From: an uncultured bacterium
GTDB taxonomy: Bacteria; Arandabacterota; Arandabacteria; Arandabacterales; Arandabacteraceae
Direction of reading: 5' to 3'
NCBI GenBank assembly: GCA_964598025.1
Contig: CAZRAU010000002.1
Coordinates: 17,854 to 81,853, forward strand
DNA: 64,000 nt
Part shown: positions 45,793 through 55,983 of the stretch, piece by piece
How the letters are laid out: each line of letters begins with the position of its first letter
How positions within the stretch are numbered: the first letter of the stretch is position 1
Translations under genes and position numbers: made by a program
The notes under the pieces: model-generated
The model's input: only the letters and a program-made list of their open reading frames with translations
Told to the model about the DNA's origin: nothing
Database searches by the model: none

Positions 45793-46959
45793 TTATGCGG
45801 GCTGCGAGTGTTGACAGAAGACCTCCTCGTATTCGGGGACGACCGTCTTGACCGAGAAGTCGCGAGCTCTTTGGCGGCCCAGTGAAGACAGGCGTTCCCT
45901 GAGCCCTGCGTCCCGTATCACCTCGAGTATGGCATGGCTGAGCGCTTGGACGTCCCCCTGGGGAACCAGAAGTCCGCACCGGCCCCGCTGGAGGATCTCG
46001 GTGGAGCCGGTGCAGCGGGTGGCAACCACGGGAGTGCCGACCGCCAGGGCCTCCTCCACCACATAGGGGCAGCCCTCCGACACCGACGGGCACACGAAGA
46101 GAGTCGAACGCGCCACATACTTGAATGGATTACTCCGGTAGCCGAGTATGGCAACCGCATCGCCGATGCCGAGCTCCCCGATCAGCGCCTCGATCTCGGG
46201 GCGTTCAGGCCCATCTGCGACTATCATCAACCTGGCAGGATGCTCGGAATTCACCTGCGCGAACGCTCTTACAAGATGCTTGTTTCCTTTGTGCGCGGCC
46301 AGTCTGCCGACCCCGATTACAACCGGCAGGCCGTCATGGAGCCACGGATGGTCAACCTCCTCCTGTGCCATCTTCTCGACCGCCGCGACGTCAAGCGGGT
46401 TGAGAATAGGGCGGAGATTCCGGCGATCGCTCCCGAAGTTGACGGCGAAGTCGTCCGCGACATCGTTGGAGCAGCATATGACGGAGTCTGCATACTTGAG
46501 GTAGATGTGCTTATAGAGAAAGCGGACGATCGCCGCCCTTGTGGGACGCTTCTCTCGAAGAAAATCCAGCCAGGACGAGATCCCGCCTTGTTCCTCGAGA
46601 ATCAGAGCGGGCTTGAGGCCGCTCAAGGCCCTTGCCAGGAAGGTCGCGATGTGCCACTCGTTGAGCATGCAGACGATAATGTGGGGTCTCTCGCTCCTGA
46701 TCAGCCGCGCCATTCTCCAGATGAGGCCCGGCAGCCTGTAGCGGAACCGTCCCCGCAGGTCGAGATCGATATGTTTGACATGCCGGGGTATCATGTCGCT
46801 GAGATGGCTCCTGCGAACACACCAGCTGAGGAGGGTGACTCGGAAGCGTTCGGTATCGATGTTGTCGAACAGATTGAGCATGAAGCGTTCGCCGCCGCCC
46901 TCTTCGAAGCCTGGTGTCACAAACAGGATTTTCTTCCCTTCGCGCCTCTCACGTTTCAT
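45793..46959 (-). CDS. GT4-family glycosyltransferase (tandem paralog 3 of 3)
   Basis: ILFVTPGFEEGGGERF; STLFVCPSVSEGCPYVVEEALAVGTPVVATRCTGSTEIL. Confidence 0.85.
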   Translation of the reverse strand: MKRERREGKKILFVTPGFEEGGGERFMLNLFDNIDTERFRVTLLSWCVRRSHLSDMIPRHVKHIDLDLRGRFRYRLPGLIWRMARLIRSERPHIIVCMLNEWHIATFLARALSGLKPALILEEQGGISSWLDFLREKRPTRAAIVRFLYKHIYLKYADSVICCSNDVADDFAVNFGSDRRNLRPILNPLDVAAVEKMAQEEVDHPWLHDGLPVVIGVGRLAAHKGNKHLVRAFAQVNSEHPARLMIVADGPERPEIEALIGELGIGDAVAILGYRSNPFKYVARSTLFVCPSVSEGCPYVVEEALAVGTPVVATRCTGSTEILQRGRCGLLVPQGDVQALSHAILEVIRDAGLRERLSSLGRQRARDFSVKTVVPEYEEVFCQHSQPA

Positions 46960-46974
46960 GTTTCGAGCCTCGCT

Positions 46975-48039
46975 TCAACATAGAGGGTCTGCGCCGGACG
47001 GCTTCCGGCGGGCCATGAGCCATAGGCTGTAGGATGCCTGGCCGCTGATCCGGAACGGCAGCCAGAGCGGAAACCAGAGCAGGGTCGAAACGCTGTAGAG
47101 CGCGATCTTGAATGCTCGACTGGCAATGGAATCCTCGTGGAATACGCGGCAGCCGCCATCCTCCAACCGGATACGACGTTCTCGCTGCATGGCGCGTATC
47201 AGAGGGGCTATCAGGGGCTTGAACCGGTACAGCAGGATATCCCCGGATTCATAGAAGCCGTACAAGTCGGAACGCCGGCTATAGAGGGTCACGACCTCAA
47301 AGCCGCCGTGCGTAATAAAGTTCCTGAGGGCCGCTGCGTTCCATCGCGTCATGTGATTAGGGGGGTAGTCGGCTACGGCCATCATGTCCGCGCTGAAGGA
47401 TTTTCTGTCGCGATTCGGGAGACTGATGACAAGCACCCCCTCCGGAGTAAGCAGGTCCTTGACAATGGCGAGGTGTCCCGCCGGATCGTCGAGGTGCTCG
47501 AGCACGTCGAACATTGTTATGACATCGAAACGGTCGTCGCCGCAGGTCCGACTGAATTCCTTCAGGCTCATCGCGTATACATGGTCTATCCCGTACATTT
47601 CCCCGGCCGCGGCGACCGCATCCCGGTCTATGTCGATGCCCGTGACCCGATAGTGGCGTTTCGCGTAATGGAGGAAAAGACCCTCGCCGCAGCCGATGTC
47701 GAGCAGTCTGCCGCCCGAAGCCGGCCTCCGCTTGAGTACGAGCCTCCCGTTCTGAGACACGCTCTCCCAGCCCTTACGCACGAATTTCCTCTCACCGTAT
47801 ATCTGCTCGAGGCAATCGTAGCCGTGGCTGCCGGGATGCTCGTAGAAACCCGATCCGGCGGGGTCCATGGGGTCGGCAAAGACCGCGTCGCATTCAGGGC
47901 ATCGGCGGAGCGTGTAAGGTTCCCACCGCTCAATCCCGGGGCACCTGCACGCGGCGTCACAGACAGGGCAGTGCATTTGCTTGATGCCCTCCGGGTAGAT
48001 CGTCTCTTGATGCTGCTTCGGCTTCAAGGCTGTCGGCAT
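46975..48039 (-). CDS. class I SAM-dependent methyltransferase with N-terminal Cys4 zinc-ribbon; ATG 48039 preferred
   Basis: CPVCDAACRC...CPECDAVF zinc ribbon. LLDIGCGEGLF SAM motif I. DVITMFDVLEHL. Track N-terminal 71 aa are low-complexity. Confidence 0.8.
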   Translation of the reverse strand: MPTALKPKQHQETIYPEGIKQMHCPVCDAACRCPGIERWEPYTLRRCPECDAVFADPMDPAGSGFYEHPGSHGYDCLEQIYGERKFVRKGWESVSQNGRLVLKRRPASGGRLLDIGCGEGLFLHYAKRHYRVTGIDIDRDAVAAAGEMYGIDHVYAMSLKEFSRTCGDDRFDVITMFDVLEHLDDPAGHLAIVKDLLTPEGVLVISLPNRDRKSFSADMMAVADYPPNHMTRWNAAALRNFITHGGFEVVTLYSRRSDLYGFYESGDILLYRFKPLIAPLIRAMQRERRIRLEDGGCRVFHEDSIASRAFKIALYSVSTLLWFPLWLPFRISGQASYSLWLMARRKPSGADPLC

Positions 48040-49079
48040 GATCGGACCGGTTTCGTTCCCCTCCTTTCGGATTCGATTGCAGCGACCCGCCCGCCGTGCG
48101 GCACGCTTCTGCACCGGCGGTTCCAGGCCCTGAGCCTCCTGATGCCGTCGAGTAGGGGCGGCGGGGTGATGGTCCGGGCGGCCAGGTGGAGCAAGGCGGG
48201 TTCCAGCAATGCGCCGGAAGGGTCGGCCGTCACGGCCTTGGCCAGGTAGCATCCGACCGTCCTATTCTCCCTCCGGGTGTGGTAATCGCGGGCAAGCGCT
48301 ACATAGAGATTGCGTATGGCTCGTCGTTTTCTATCCGCGGGTAATCTCGTGTTTCCCCCCAGGATTTCAAGATGCTTCCGGTGTACCCTGATATACACGT
48401 GAGATAGATTGGGGGGTGCGATCAACTCATCCCTGCGCGTGCGATATCTGCAGACCGGAGCCCCGGCAAGCGAGCCTATCGGGTAGGCGAGCGCGATTCT
48501 GAGATAGATATCGAGGTCCTCTCTTGGATCGAGTGCCGGGTCGAACAAGCCGACCGCATCGAACACCCTCCGGGGAACTATCGTTGTGGAGGTATACATT
48601 GAATGGTGCAGGATAAGGCGCTCGTATGTTTCGCCTTCGGCTTGCTGGCGCGCAAGTCCGGACCTGAAGTTGCGAGTGACATCGGCCATAAGAGCGCCTT
48701 CCTCATCGACAACTTCTACCGGACCGTGGAGCAAGCCGAGTGCCGGATTGCGTCCGAGCTCTGCGATCTGACGGGCGAGTTTGTCCGGAAACCATGTGTC
48801 GTCCGAGTCCAGAAATGCGCAGTAGCGGCCCCCCGCAAGCCCTATGCCCCGGTTGCGGGCCGCCGACCGACCGCATCGATCCTGGCGGACATACCGTATG
48901 TCGCTACGGTACGGGGCGAGCGTTTCGGCGGTGTCGTCGGTGGAGCCGTCGTCGATTACGATGACCTCGAAGTCTCGAAAAGTCTGGGCCAGGACGCTCT
49001 CTATCGCCTGGCAGACGAACCGTCCCCTGTTATAGGTTGGGATAATGACGCTGATTTCCGGCATGGCGTCAGTCGCCAT
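48024..49079 (-). CDS. GT2-family glycosyltransferase; ATG 49079 preferred
   Basis: ISVIIPTYNRGRFVCQAIESVLAQTFRDFEVIVIDDGSTDDT...DSDD. Confidence 0.85.
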   Translation of the reverse strand: MATDAMPEISVIIPTYNRGRFVCQAIESVLAQTFRDFEVIVIDDGSTDDTAETLAPYRSDIRYVRQDRCGRSAARNRGIGLAGGRYCAFLDSDDTWFPDKLARQIAELGRNPALGLLHGPVEVVDEEGALMADVTRNFRSGLARQQAEGETYERLILHHSMYTSTTIVPRRVFDAVGLFDPALDPREDLDIYLRIALAYPIGSLAGAPVCRYRTRRDELIAPPNLSHVYIRVHRKHLEILGGNTRLPADRKRRAIRNLYVALARDYHTRRENRTVGCYLAKAVTADPSGALLEPALLHLAARTITPPPLLDGIRRLRAWNRRCRSVPHGGRVAAIESERRGTKPVRSCRQP

Positions 49080-50193
49080 CGCGGTCTGCACGGTAGTGAA
49101 CGCTTCTGTACATGTCGATGTAATCCTGCTTGAGATGGCTCCAGTCGAACCGCTGCTGAGCCTGGCTCCTGAGGGATGCGCCGAGAGCCACAAGACCTTC
49201 CGGATCGGAGGTCAGCGCGGCGATGCGTCCGGCCAGGGCGCCGGGCCGGGTCATATCGATATGGCATGAGTGCAGGCCCGCGAGCCAGCGGAAGTGGACA
49301 TTGTCGTGCATGAGCACAGGAAGTCCCGCGCACATGGCTTCCACGATGCCGAGCCCGAAGCCTTCGGTGAGGGATGTACTGACGGCAATGTCGGCGGTGC
49401 CGTATATCTCTGCGATCTCATCGCGGAGCGGTCGCGTTATCAACATATGGCGGCCGGGGAGCCGTCTTGCGGCGAGCTCCACGAGTGACGGATCTTCCGG
49501 GTGTCCCGCCACAACAAGGAAACAGCCCGGATCCAGCTTCGCCATCTCTTCGATCAGATAGTCGATGCGTTTGTGCCCGCGGTTCAGCGCGGCGACGCAG
49601 AGTATCACGGTGCTGTTCTCCGGGATGCGCCATCTGGCGCGCAGCTCGGTCCGGTCCCGCCCGCTCCGATAGGCCCGCGATTTAACACCTAGAGGGACAA
49701 GGGCCATACGCTCTTTAGCGAAGCCGCGTTCGACGCACTGGTTGTAAGGCACCGGGCTTGCGTGATGGACGAAGTCGGCCCTGGCGCAATATTCGGGGGG
49801 CAGCGCAAGCGCGTTGGTGATCATGGTCTTGAACCTGAACCTCAAGCCGAGTTTCGAGCATGCATGGAAATACAGATTGCCCAGCGTAGGGTCCACATAG
49901 TGAAGAACGTCGTATCTGCCCACCAGCAGGTGAGGCAGGAGCGCGACCCCGAAGGACAGCACCTCGAAGTAGTAGGGATCGCGGTATCGGCCGTTTCGTG
50001 TCAACGGTAAACGACCTACCCAGCCGTCACGGCGCAGATTCGGAACGACAACCTCGCCGTCGGATCTGCTGCCGCCGCCTTTGAAAAGGGTGATGTCGAT
50101 ATCGGTTTTCAGGATCGAATAAAGGTCCTCCGTGAACTTCTCGTACCCACGCCGCACGTTACCTAGACCCGTACACGCAAGTGCTATCCTCAT
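49069..50193 (-). CDS. GT4-family glycosyltransferase; ATG 50193 preferred
   Basis: MRIALACTGLGNVRRGYE; C-terminal STSLTEGFGLGIVEAMCAGLPVLM. Confidence 0.8.
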   Translation of the reverse strand: MRIALACTGLGNVRRGYEKFTEDLYSILKTDIDITLFKGGGSRSDGEVVVPNLRRDGWVGRLPLTRNGRYRDPYYFEVLSFGVALLPHLLVGRYDVLHYVDPTLGNLYFHACSKLGLRFRFKTMITNALALPPEYCARADFVHHASPVPYNQCVERGFAKERMALVPLGVKSRAYRSGRDRTELRARWRIPENSTVILCVAALNRGHKRIDYLIEEMAKLDPGCFLVVAGHPEDPSLVELAARRLPGRHMLITRPLRDEIAEIYGTADIAVSTSLTEGFGLGIVEAMCAGLPVLMHDNVHFRWLAGLHSCHIDMTRPGALAGRIAALTSDPEGLVALGASLRSQAQQRFDWSHLKQDYIDMYRSVHYRADRDGD

Positions 50194-51193
50194 GGATGCC
50201 TTTCCCGGCTGAGCCGAAGTAGGTTCGATACCATTCAATGGTCATGGCGAGACCCTCCGCCAGCCCGGTGAGGGGCCTCCAGCCGAGTAAACGCTCAGCT
50301 TTGGAGGCATCGAGGCTCTGCCTGTCTATCTCTCCCTGAAGACCCGGCGCTGAGCGGGGTCTCGGGACTATCCCCGCTTCCCCTGAAAGCCGGATGACCA
50401 ACTCAACGAGATGCAAAGCAGAGGTCGCCGACCCTGTCCCGAAGTTGAACGCCTGCCCCGCGATGGAAGGGTCGGTCCTGACCTTATCGGCCAGCAACAT
50501 GTAGCCACGGACGGCATCGTCTACAAAGACGTAATCTCGTTCGGGCGTACCGTCACTGCGCATGGCCGGGTCCTTGCCTGCCAGTATGGATCGAATGGTT
50601 CCCGGTATGAGGCGGGAGAAGTTGAAATCTCCGCCGCCGTATATGTTTGCCATTCGGGCGACAACCACGGGTAACCCGTACGTGTGGTGGTAGCAGCGGG
50701 CAAGGACGTCCGCGCAGGCTTTCGATGCGTCATAGGGGTATAAGCCGTCCAGAGTGAAATCCTCGGTGTAGGGGAGGCGTTCATGATCGCCGTACGCCTT
50801 GTCGCTCGAGGCGACCACCACGCCTTCCACAAAGCCGGACTGCCTGCACGCTTCCAGGATGTTCCAGGTCCCGCGGATGTTTGCGTCGAAGGTGGCACGT
50901 GGTGACCGGTGGGCGATACCCACGATCGGCTGTGCCGCCAGGTGGTAGCACATGCGCACCTCATACTCATTCACAACACGCTCTACGACATGGAAGTCCG
51001 TGGTGTCGCCCCACACGATATCGACGCGGTCTTCCATTCCCAGGGCCGACAATGCGGCCAGCCGAGGTTTGTCGCGCAGCATGCAGACCACGGCCGCGCC
51101 TCCGTCGGCGAGGGCTCTCGCCAGCCAGGAACCGACGAAGCCCCCCGCACCGGTTACGAGGATTCTGTTATCTGCACTAAATCCGTACGACAT
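50159..51193 (-). CDS. NAD-dependent epimerase/dehydratase (CDP-glucose 4,6-dehydratase-like); ATG 51193 preferred
   Basis: ILVTGAGGFVGSWLARAL; YDASKACADVL catalytic YxxxK. Confidence 0.8.
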   Translation of the reverse strand: MSYGFSADNRILVTGAGGFVGSWLARALADGGAAVVCMLRDKPRLAALSALGMEDRVDIVWGDTTDFHVVERVVNEYEVRMCYHLAAQPIVGIAHRSPRATFDANIRGTWNILEACRQSGFVEGVVVASSDKAYGDHERLPYTEDFTLDGLYPYDASKACADVLARCYHHTYGLPVVVARMANIYGGGDFNFSRLIPGTIRSILAGKDPAMRSDGTPERDYVFVDDAVRGYMLLADKVRTDPSIAGQAFNFGTGSATSALHLVELVIRLSGEAGIVPRPRSAPGLQGEIDRQSLDASKAERLLGWRPLTGLAEGLAMTIEWYRTYFGSAGKGIHEDSTCVYGSR

Positions 51194-51302
51194 TGTTCGC
51201 TCCGCATCCTCCAGGGGACGTCGCCGGCGTTCCGGGGTGCTTCCCCGGGTGTGTTCCCTTGCAGCCACTCAGGCTTACGGTCCGCACTATTCCAACCCTC
51301 CC

Positions 51303-52499
51303 TTAGCCGGCTCTGTTGCGGTCCAGCAGCCCGGTGTAGAAGGCCGCCAGAGTCTCGCTGTGTATGCGCCAGGAGAGCACATGCTCCGCCGCCGACCGGG
51401 CGGCAAGTGAGCAGCGTCTGCGCAACTCGGCATTGTCGGCCAGCACCAGTATCTTCTCTGCGAAATCACGCGGTGATCCGTCAGCCGGCAGGCCGACGCG
51501 GTATCGTCTTACGAAATCGCCTATGTCGCCGACATCACCGGCGACCACCGGCTTGCCCGCAGCCAGGTAGTCTCCGAATTTGTTGGGGAACCTGTATCTA
51601 TTGGTTTTATTGTCTGTGCATGGTAGGAAAGCGATGTCACCCGCCCCAAGAAAACGCGCAAACTGGGTGAGCGGGACGTTGCCGAAATGTACGATTGAAT
51701 CCTCCGGGAGGCCGAGCCGCCGTCTCTCACGGTCGACCGGCTCTCTCGATAAGCCGCTCACCAGCAGTTTCACATCGGACATCTCGCGGACGAGACCCAA
51801 CGTCGAGAGCATTGTAGTGAGGTCGGCCTCGGGTATCGAAAAGCCGGAGTAGACCAGCGCGAGACCGCCAAAGTCCAACCCCAGACGTCTCCGTGCGCGG
51901 TCCCGGGGAAAAGGCACGATGTTTTCGGTGTCGGCGCCGGCCGGGATGTACTGTATGCGTTCCTCGTCGACCCCAAGACCCGCCGCGCGCTTCTCGAGCG
52001 CCCTGCTGATCGCCGTCACCCCATCGGCGTTGATTCGGGCTGATCTTTCCAGCCGGGCTTCGACACGGTATCTCCATCGGGGAATCCCGGGGTTGCTGCC
52101 GTCCCCGAACCAGCCGCCGTCCGTCCACAGATCGTCCCAGTCGTTTACGAACAGATCCGCTCGGCCGAGAATCTTGGCCAGACGCCATGGCACATAACCG
52201 CTGAGATGATGGGAGAACAGGTGCAGCACATCGTATCGGTTCCCTACCAGGTGCCATATTCTCGCAAGGATGTCTGAGGGCAGTCTGTCGTTTCCGAACC
52301 AGCGCATGCCCCAGAACCGGGGCATTTCCAGAACCCGGATCCCATTGATCTCGCTTGTCAGTATCCTGGTTCGTGACCGCTCGGACACCTTGACCACGAC
52401 TACGTCGTGGCCCTGTCTACCGAGCCATCTGGAGAGCTCCTGACAACGGACATACGTGCCTCCATACGTAAGCGCAGAGCTCAGGAACATTATCTTCAT
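51303..52499 (-). CDS. GT4-family glycosyltransferase; ATG 52499 preferred
   Basis: MKIMFLSSALTYGGTYVRCQELSRWL. C-terminal GT4 signature. Confidence 0.8.
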   Translation of the reverse strand: MKIMFLSSALTYGGTYVRCQELSRWLGRQGHDVVVVKVSERSRTRILTSEINGIRVLEMPRFWGMRWFGNDRLPSDILARIWHLVGNRYDVLHLFSHHLSGYVPWRLAKILGRADLFVNDWDDLWTDGGWFGDGSNPGIPRWRYRVEARLERSARINADGVTAISRALEKRAAGLGVDEERIQYIPAGADTENIVPFPRDRARRRLGLDFGGLALVYSGFSIPEADLTTMLSTLGLVREMSDVKLLVSGLSREPVDRERRRLGLPEDSIVHFGNVPLTQFARFLGAGDIAFLPCTDNKTNRYRFPNKFGDYLAAGKPVVAGDVGDIGDFVRRYRVGLPADGSPRDFAEKILVLADNAELRRRCSLAARSAAEHVLSWRIHSETLAAFYTGLLDRNRAG

Positions 52500-52516
52500 C
52501 GGGTTCTTGGCACGAC

Positions 52517-53809
52517 TCACGTCTTGAGCGCCGGGTCTCTCGTCGGGATTGTCCTGGGTGGGGCGGGGAATTCCCCCAGCGACACCAGGTGTTTTGCGAC
52601 GGCCATCTTGACCAGAGTGGCCGGGATTGACTGCATGCACAGGGGTTCATCATAACGGCACGGGCCGCAGCGATCGATATGATGCTCGCCGTGACACGGG
52701 CCGCAGGGGAGGCTTGCTGAAATCACTCTGTGGCTGGGCCCCCAGGGCCCGAACCTGTGCTGGCAGCTGGAGGCGAATATGGCAACCACAGGTGTCCCAC
52801 AGGCAGCCGCGAGATGCATAAGGCCGGTGTCGCCGCCCACATAGAGACTGCACGCGCGGAGTAGAGCTCCGGCCTGCCGCAGAGTGGTTTTGCCGGTCAT
52901 GTCTATCGCAGTGGGGCCGAGGTCCGACCGCATTCTCCGTCCGAGGCGGCGATCGGCGGGGCCGCCGAAAACCACGATCCGTGCACCGTACTCGGTCTTG
53001 AGCCAGTTGCCGACCTCGACGAAGCGTTGAACCGGCCACTGCTTGAGGTGAGAATTGCCGCCGGATGGTCCGATCCCTATGAGTCGATCATCCGCTCTCA
53101 CTCCATGCTCCTTCAGGGTCGCGCGGGCATAAGCCTCATCTGCCGGCAGGGGCCAGACCTCCAGGCCGTCTTGCTTGACTGCGCCGCCAAGGCAGGTAAT
53201 CAGATCAAGGCTGTGGCGGACCTCGTGCTTAAGACCGTCATCGTTCACCACGTGGGTGTAAAGGGTGTCGTAGCCGGAATTGAGTTGCATCTTGTACTTC
53301 GAGACATGCTCCGAGAAGCCCACCCTCCAGGCAGCTCCACTGAAATAGGCCAGGAACGCGGCGTGGACATGATCCACGTCCCACCGTGGCACGATCGCCA
53401 GATCAAGCCGGCGGGGCCAGAAGCGGCGCCGGGCCAATCGCAGGCAACCTAAGAGGCTCCGGAGAGTCGCGAACCGCCCTGGCGCGCGGACGTCGTGGAC
53501 AAGCACTTCATCGACGTAGGGGCAGGGTTCCATCAGGTTGTGAGTGTCGGGGTTCACCACAAGCGTGATCCAGGCCTCTTGTAGATTCTGCCGGAGCTCT
53601 CTCAGGAAGGGAGTGGTCATCACGAGGTCGCCGATCTCGTCGAGACGGACGACCAGCACACTCTTGACCAGCGGAAGGTCCACCTTCTCCGCCCCGCGGG
53701 GCTTCCCGAACAGCCTGAAAAGCGGCTCTCCGACAGCGTATGTCAGGCGGGGCAAGGCCGTCCGGCGCAGAACACCTATGAGCGCGGATCTCACGCTTCG
53801 AGCAAGCAC
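52517..53809 (-). CDS. GT9-family glycosyltransferase (ADP-heptose:LPS heptosyltransferase-like)
   Basis: VLVVRLDEIGDLVMTTPFLRELRQ...; C-terminal GGDTGLMHLAAACGTPVVAIF. Confidence 0.8.
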   Translation of the reverse strand: MLARSVRSALIGVLRRTALPRLTYAVGEPLFRLFGKPRGAEKVDLPLVKSVLVVRLDEIGDLVMTTPFLRELRQNLQEAWITLVVNPDTHNLMEPCPYVDEVLVHDVRAPGRFATLRSLLGCLRLARRRFWPRRLDLAIVPRWDVDHVHAAFLAYFSGAAWRVGFSEHVSKYKMQLNSGYDTLYTHVVNDDGLKHEVRHSLDLITCLGGAVKQDGLEVWPLPADEAYARATLKEHGVRADDRLIGIGPSGGNSHLKQWPVQRFVEVGNWLKTEYGARIVVFGGPADRRLGRRMRSDLGPTAIDMTGKTTLRQAGALLRACSLYVGGDTGLMHLAAACGTPVVAIFASSCQHRFGPWGPSHRVISASLPCGPCHGEHHIDRCGPCRYDEPLCMQSIPATLVKMAVAKHLVSLGEFPAPPRTIPTRDPALKT

Positions 53810-54966
53810 GGCTCAGGCCTCCATGACTTGTTCCCGTCAAGCACACCACGGATCAGGTTGGCATAGGTGTCCCAGGTCCGGCGGCGAAGCACCGCGAGCC
53901 TCTCAGCCTCGTCGGCGCGGCGTTCCAGCAGGTCTTCGGCGAGTCCCTCCAGCATGCCCGGGGTCGCGTCTTTGACATAGATACCGGGCAACCCGAAGGC
54001 CTCCACCATCAGAAGCCTGGTGTCGGTGCAGACGGCGATCGATGGCACACCGATGCCGGCAAGGGCCACGGAAGCGTGCATTCTGTTGCATATCGCCAGC
54101 TTTGAACCGGATGCGATCTCGGAGTACTGGTTGGTGGTCCTCGGCCACAGCCGGGGCAGGCTCGGATCGAGGCCCTTTGCCAGATCGAACTCCCTGCCGT
54201 CATGGCACAGGAAGCCGAGTTTATGCCTGCGCTTAAGCCGCCGGAGCAGGTTCCTCACGGTGTCGGCCCACGCGTCGGCCTCGATGCCCTGTTCGCAATC
54301 GTAGTGGCCGCCCCCATACATGTAGTTGACGAGCACCATGTCGTCCCGACTACCTGCCGCGGCAGTGCCCGCATGGGGGGGATTGGTTGCCAGCGATGCC
54401 GCGCACGGGATGAAAGTGCTTTCGATTTCCATGGACCGGAGCAGGGCAAAGGCCAGTCTGTCCCGGACGGTGGTCACGCGGCAGTATGCCGTGATCGCCC
54501 TTATGTACGTTGCGTCTTCGGGATCGGTTATGGAAGTCGGTTGGCGCTCCCACGGATAGCAGGACCCCGCCGCCAGGTTTAGTACGGGTATCCGCTTCGA
54601 CAACCTCCCAATTACATGATGCCATATCGGAACGGCCCATTCGCACCCGTGACACCCGGGCCAGAATACGGGGGTACCGCACTGAACGATCATGTCGCAG
54701 GTGTCGAAACGGCTCATATTCAAACCGGCGGCGAGCCGTTCGATTGTGGTGCCTGCCAGCGTCTTGCCTCGAGGTAGAAATCGGGCGAGTCTCGCGGCTT
54801 GTACCGGGTGCCATTCCGGATAGACCGTCAGCGGGTTGTGCTTGTTCACGGGAACAAACTCGATGTTGCGCGGGGAGAAGATGCTCCGCAGGACACGGCA
54901 TATACCGTCCCGGATCAGGGTGTCCCCGATATTGGTGTCGATTGTCGTTACCAGACCTATGCGCAC
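53791..54966 (-). CDS. polysaccharide pyruvyl transferase family protein
   Basis: MRIGLVTTIDTNIGDTLIRDGICRVL N-terminal PS_pyruv_trans signature, ~390 aa. Confidence 0.75.
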   Translation of the reverse strand: MRIGLVTTIDTNIGDTLIRDGICRVLRSIFSPRNIEFVPVNKHNPLTVYPEWHPVQAARLARFLPRGKTLAGTTIERLAAGLNMSRFDTCDMIVQCGTPVFWPGCHGCEWAVPIWHHVIGRLSKRIPVLNLAAGSCYPWERQPTSITDPEDATYIRAITAYCRVTTVRDRLAFALLRSMEIESTFIPCAASLATNPPHAGTAAAGSRDDMVLVNYMYGGGHYDCEQGIEADAWADTVRNLLRRLKRRHKLGFLCHDGREFDLAKGLDPSLPRLWPRTTNQYSEIASGSKLAICNRMHASVALAGIGVPSIAVCTDTRLLMVEAFGLPGIYVKDATPGMLEGLAEDLLERRADEAERLAVLRRRTWDTYANLIRGVLDGNKSWRPEPCLLEA

Positions 54967-55983
54967 TCAAGCCTCCCCATAGCCGACATCGATTACCCGC
55001 GCATCGCGTGCCCATTTCAGTGTTCCGGCAATGCCGTCCTCCAGAGGGATCTGAAAAGGCAGATCCAGGGCCCGGAACGTTTCCTCCATCGAATAAGCCC
55101 GATGAACGCGCCGACCGGACGGGGCCATTAGATACGTGATGAAATCCATGCCGTTCCCGCGTTTGTGATACTCACGCCTGAGCAGGAGAAACAGCTCGTC
55201 CACCTTGTGCCTCGGCCTCTGCATGAGCGGTCTGGCGAGTATCCGGCCGGTGATCTCGAAGATCTTGCCCACAGTCGCATACTCGCCCCCCAGGGTTAGG
55301 GTTGCAGTCGGGACATCCTGCCCACAGGCCGCAATAATGCCCTCGGTGACATCTCGATTGTGGATTGGGTGGATATACCTGTCGGCGTAGACAGGCAGGA
55401 ATTCCAGCAACCTGTTTCTCGTAAGGATCGCCTCGGCGATATCGGTGACGAAGCTTATGTGCCCCGGACCGTAGACATTACCTATTCGCAGGATCACGGT
55501 GGGGAAGTGTCCAGCGGCCGCCCCCAGCAAAATCCTCTCAGCGGCGACCTTGCTTGCCCCATAGGCGCTCAACGGCCGGCACGGGGTGTCATGTGGGGCC
55601 GGGACGGCGGCCGCGGCCACCGGGCCGACGGCCTCGATACTGCTTGCGTATACGAATCTCCCGGCGGCCGCCAGCTTGGCCAGCTCCAGGACATTGCCGG
55701 TTCCGGCAACATTGGTTGTGTATGTCTCCCGTGCGTCATAGTAGTCGAGAGAAGCCGCAAGGTGGATGACGGCATCGAGCGGTCTGCACATGTCCGCGAT
55801 TGATACGATCGTGCCCGGATCCGTCACGTCCGCCTCAAGGACGTCCAGGTTCGCCGAGTCCGGCCGGGACAGCTTGCTCTTGTCGCGGGTCACGAGGATG
55901 ACATGCCACGAATCCCTGAGCAGCCTGCCCACCAGGTGCCGGCCGATGAAACCGGTGCCGCCCGTAACCAGCGCACGCATCAC
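54967..55983 (-). CDS. NAD-dependent epimerase/dehydratase family protein
   Basis: MMRALVTGGTGFIGRHLVGRLL...YGASKVAAE. Confidence 0.8.
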   Translation of the reverse strand: MMRALVTGGTGFIGRHLVGRLLRDSWHVILVTRDKSKLSRPDSANLDVLEADVTDPGTIVSIADMCRPLDAVIHLAASLDYYDARETYTTNVAGTGNVLELAKLAAAGRFVYASSIEAVGPVAAAAVPAPHDTPCRPLSAYGASKVAAERILLGAAAGHFPTVILRIGNVYGPGHISFVTDIAEAILTRNRLLEFLPVYADRYIHPIHNRDVTEGIIAACGQDVPTATLTLGGEYATVGKIFEITGRILARPLMQRPRHKVDELFLLLRREYHKRGNGMDFITYLMAPSGRRVHRAYSMEETFRALDLPFQIPLEDGIAGTLKWARDARVIDVGYGEA

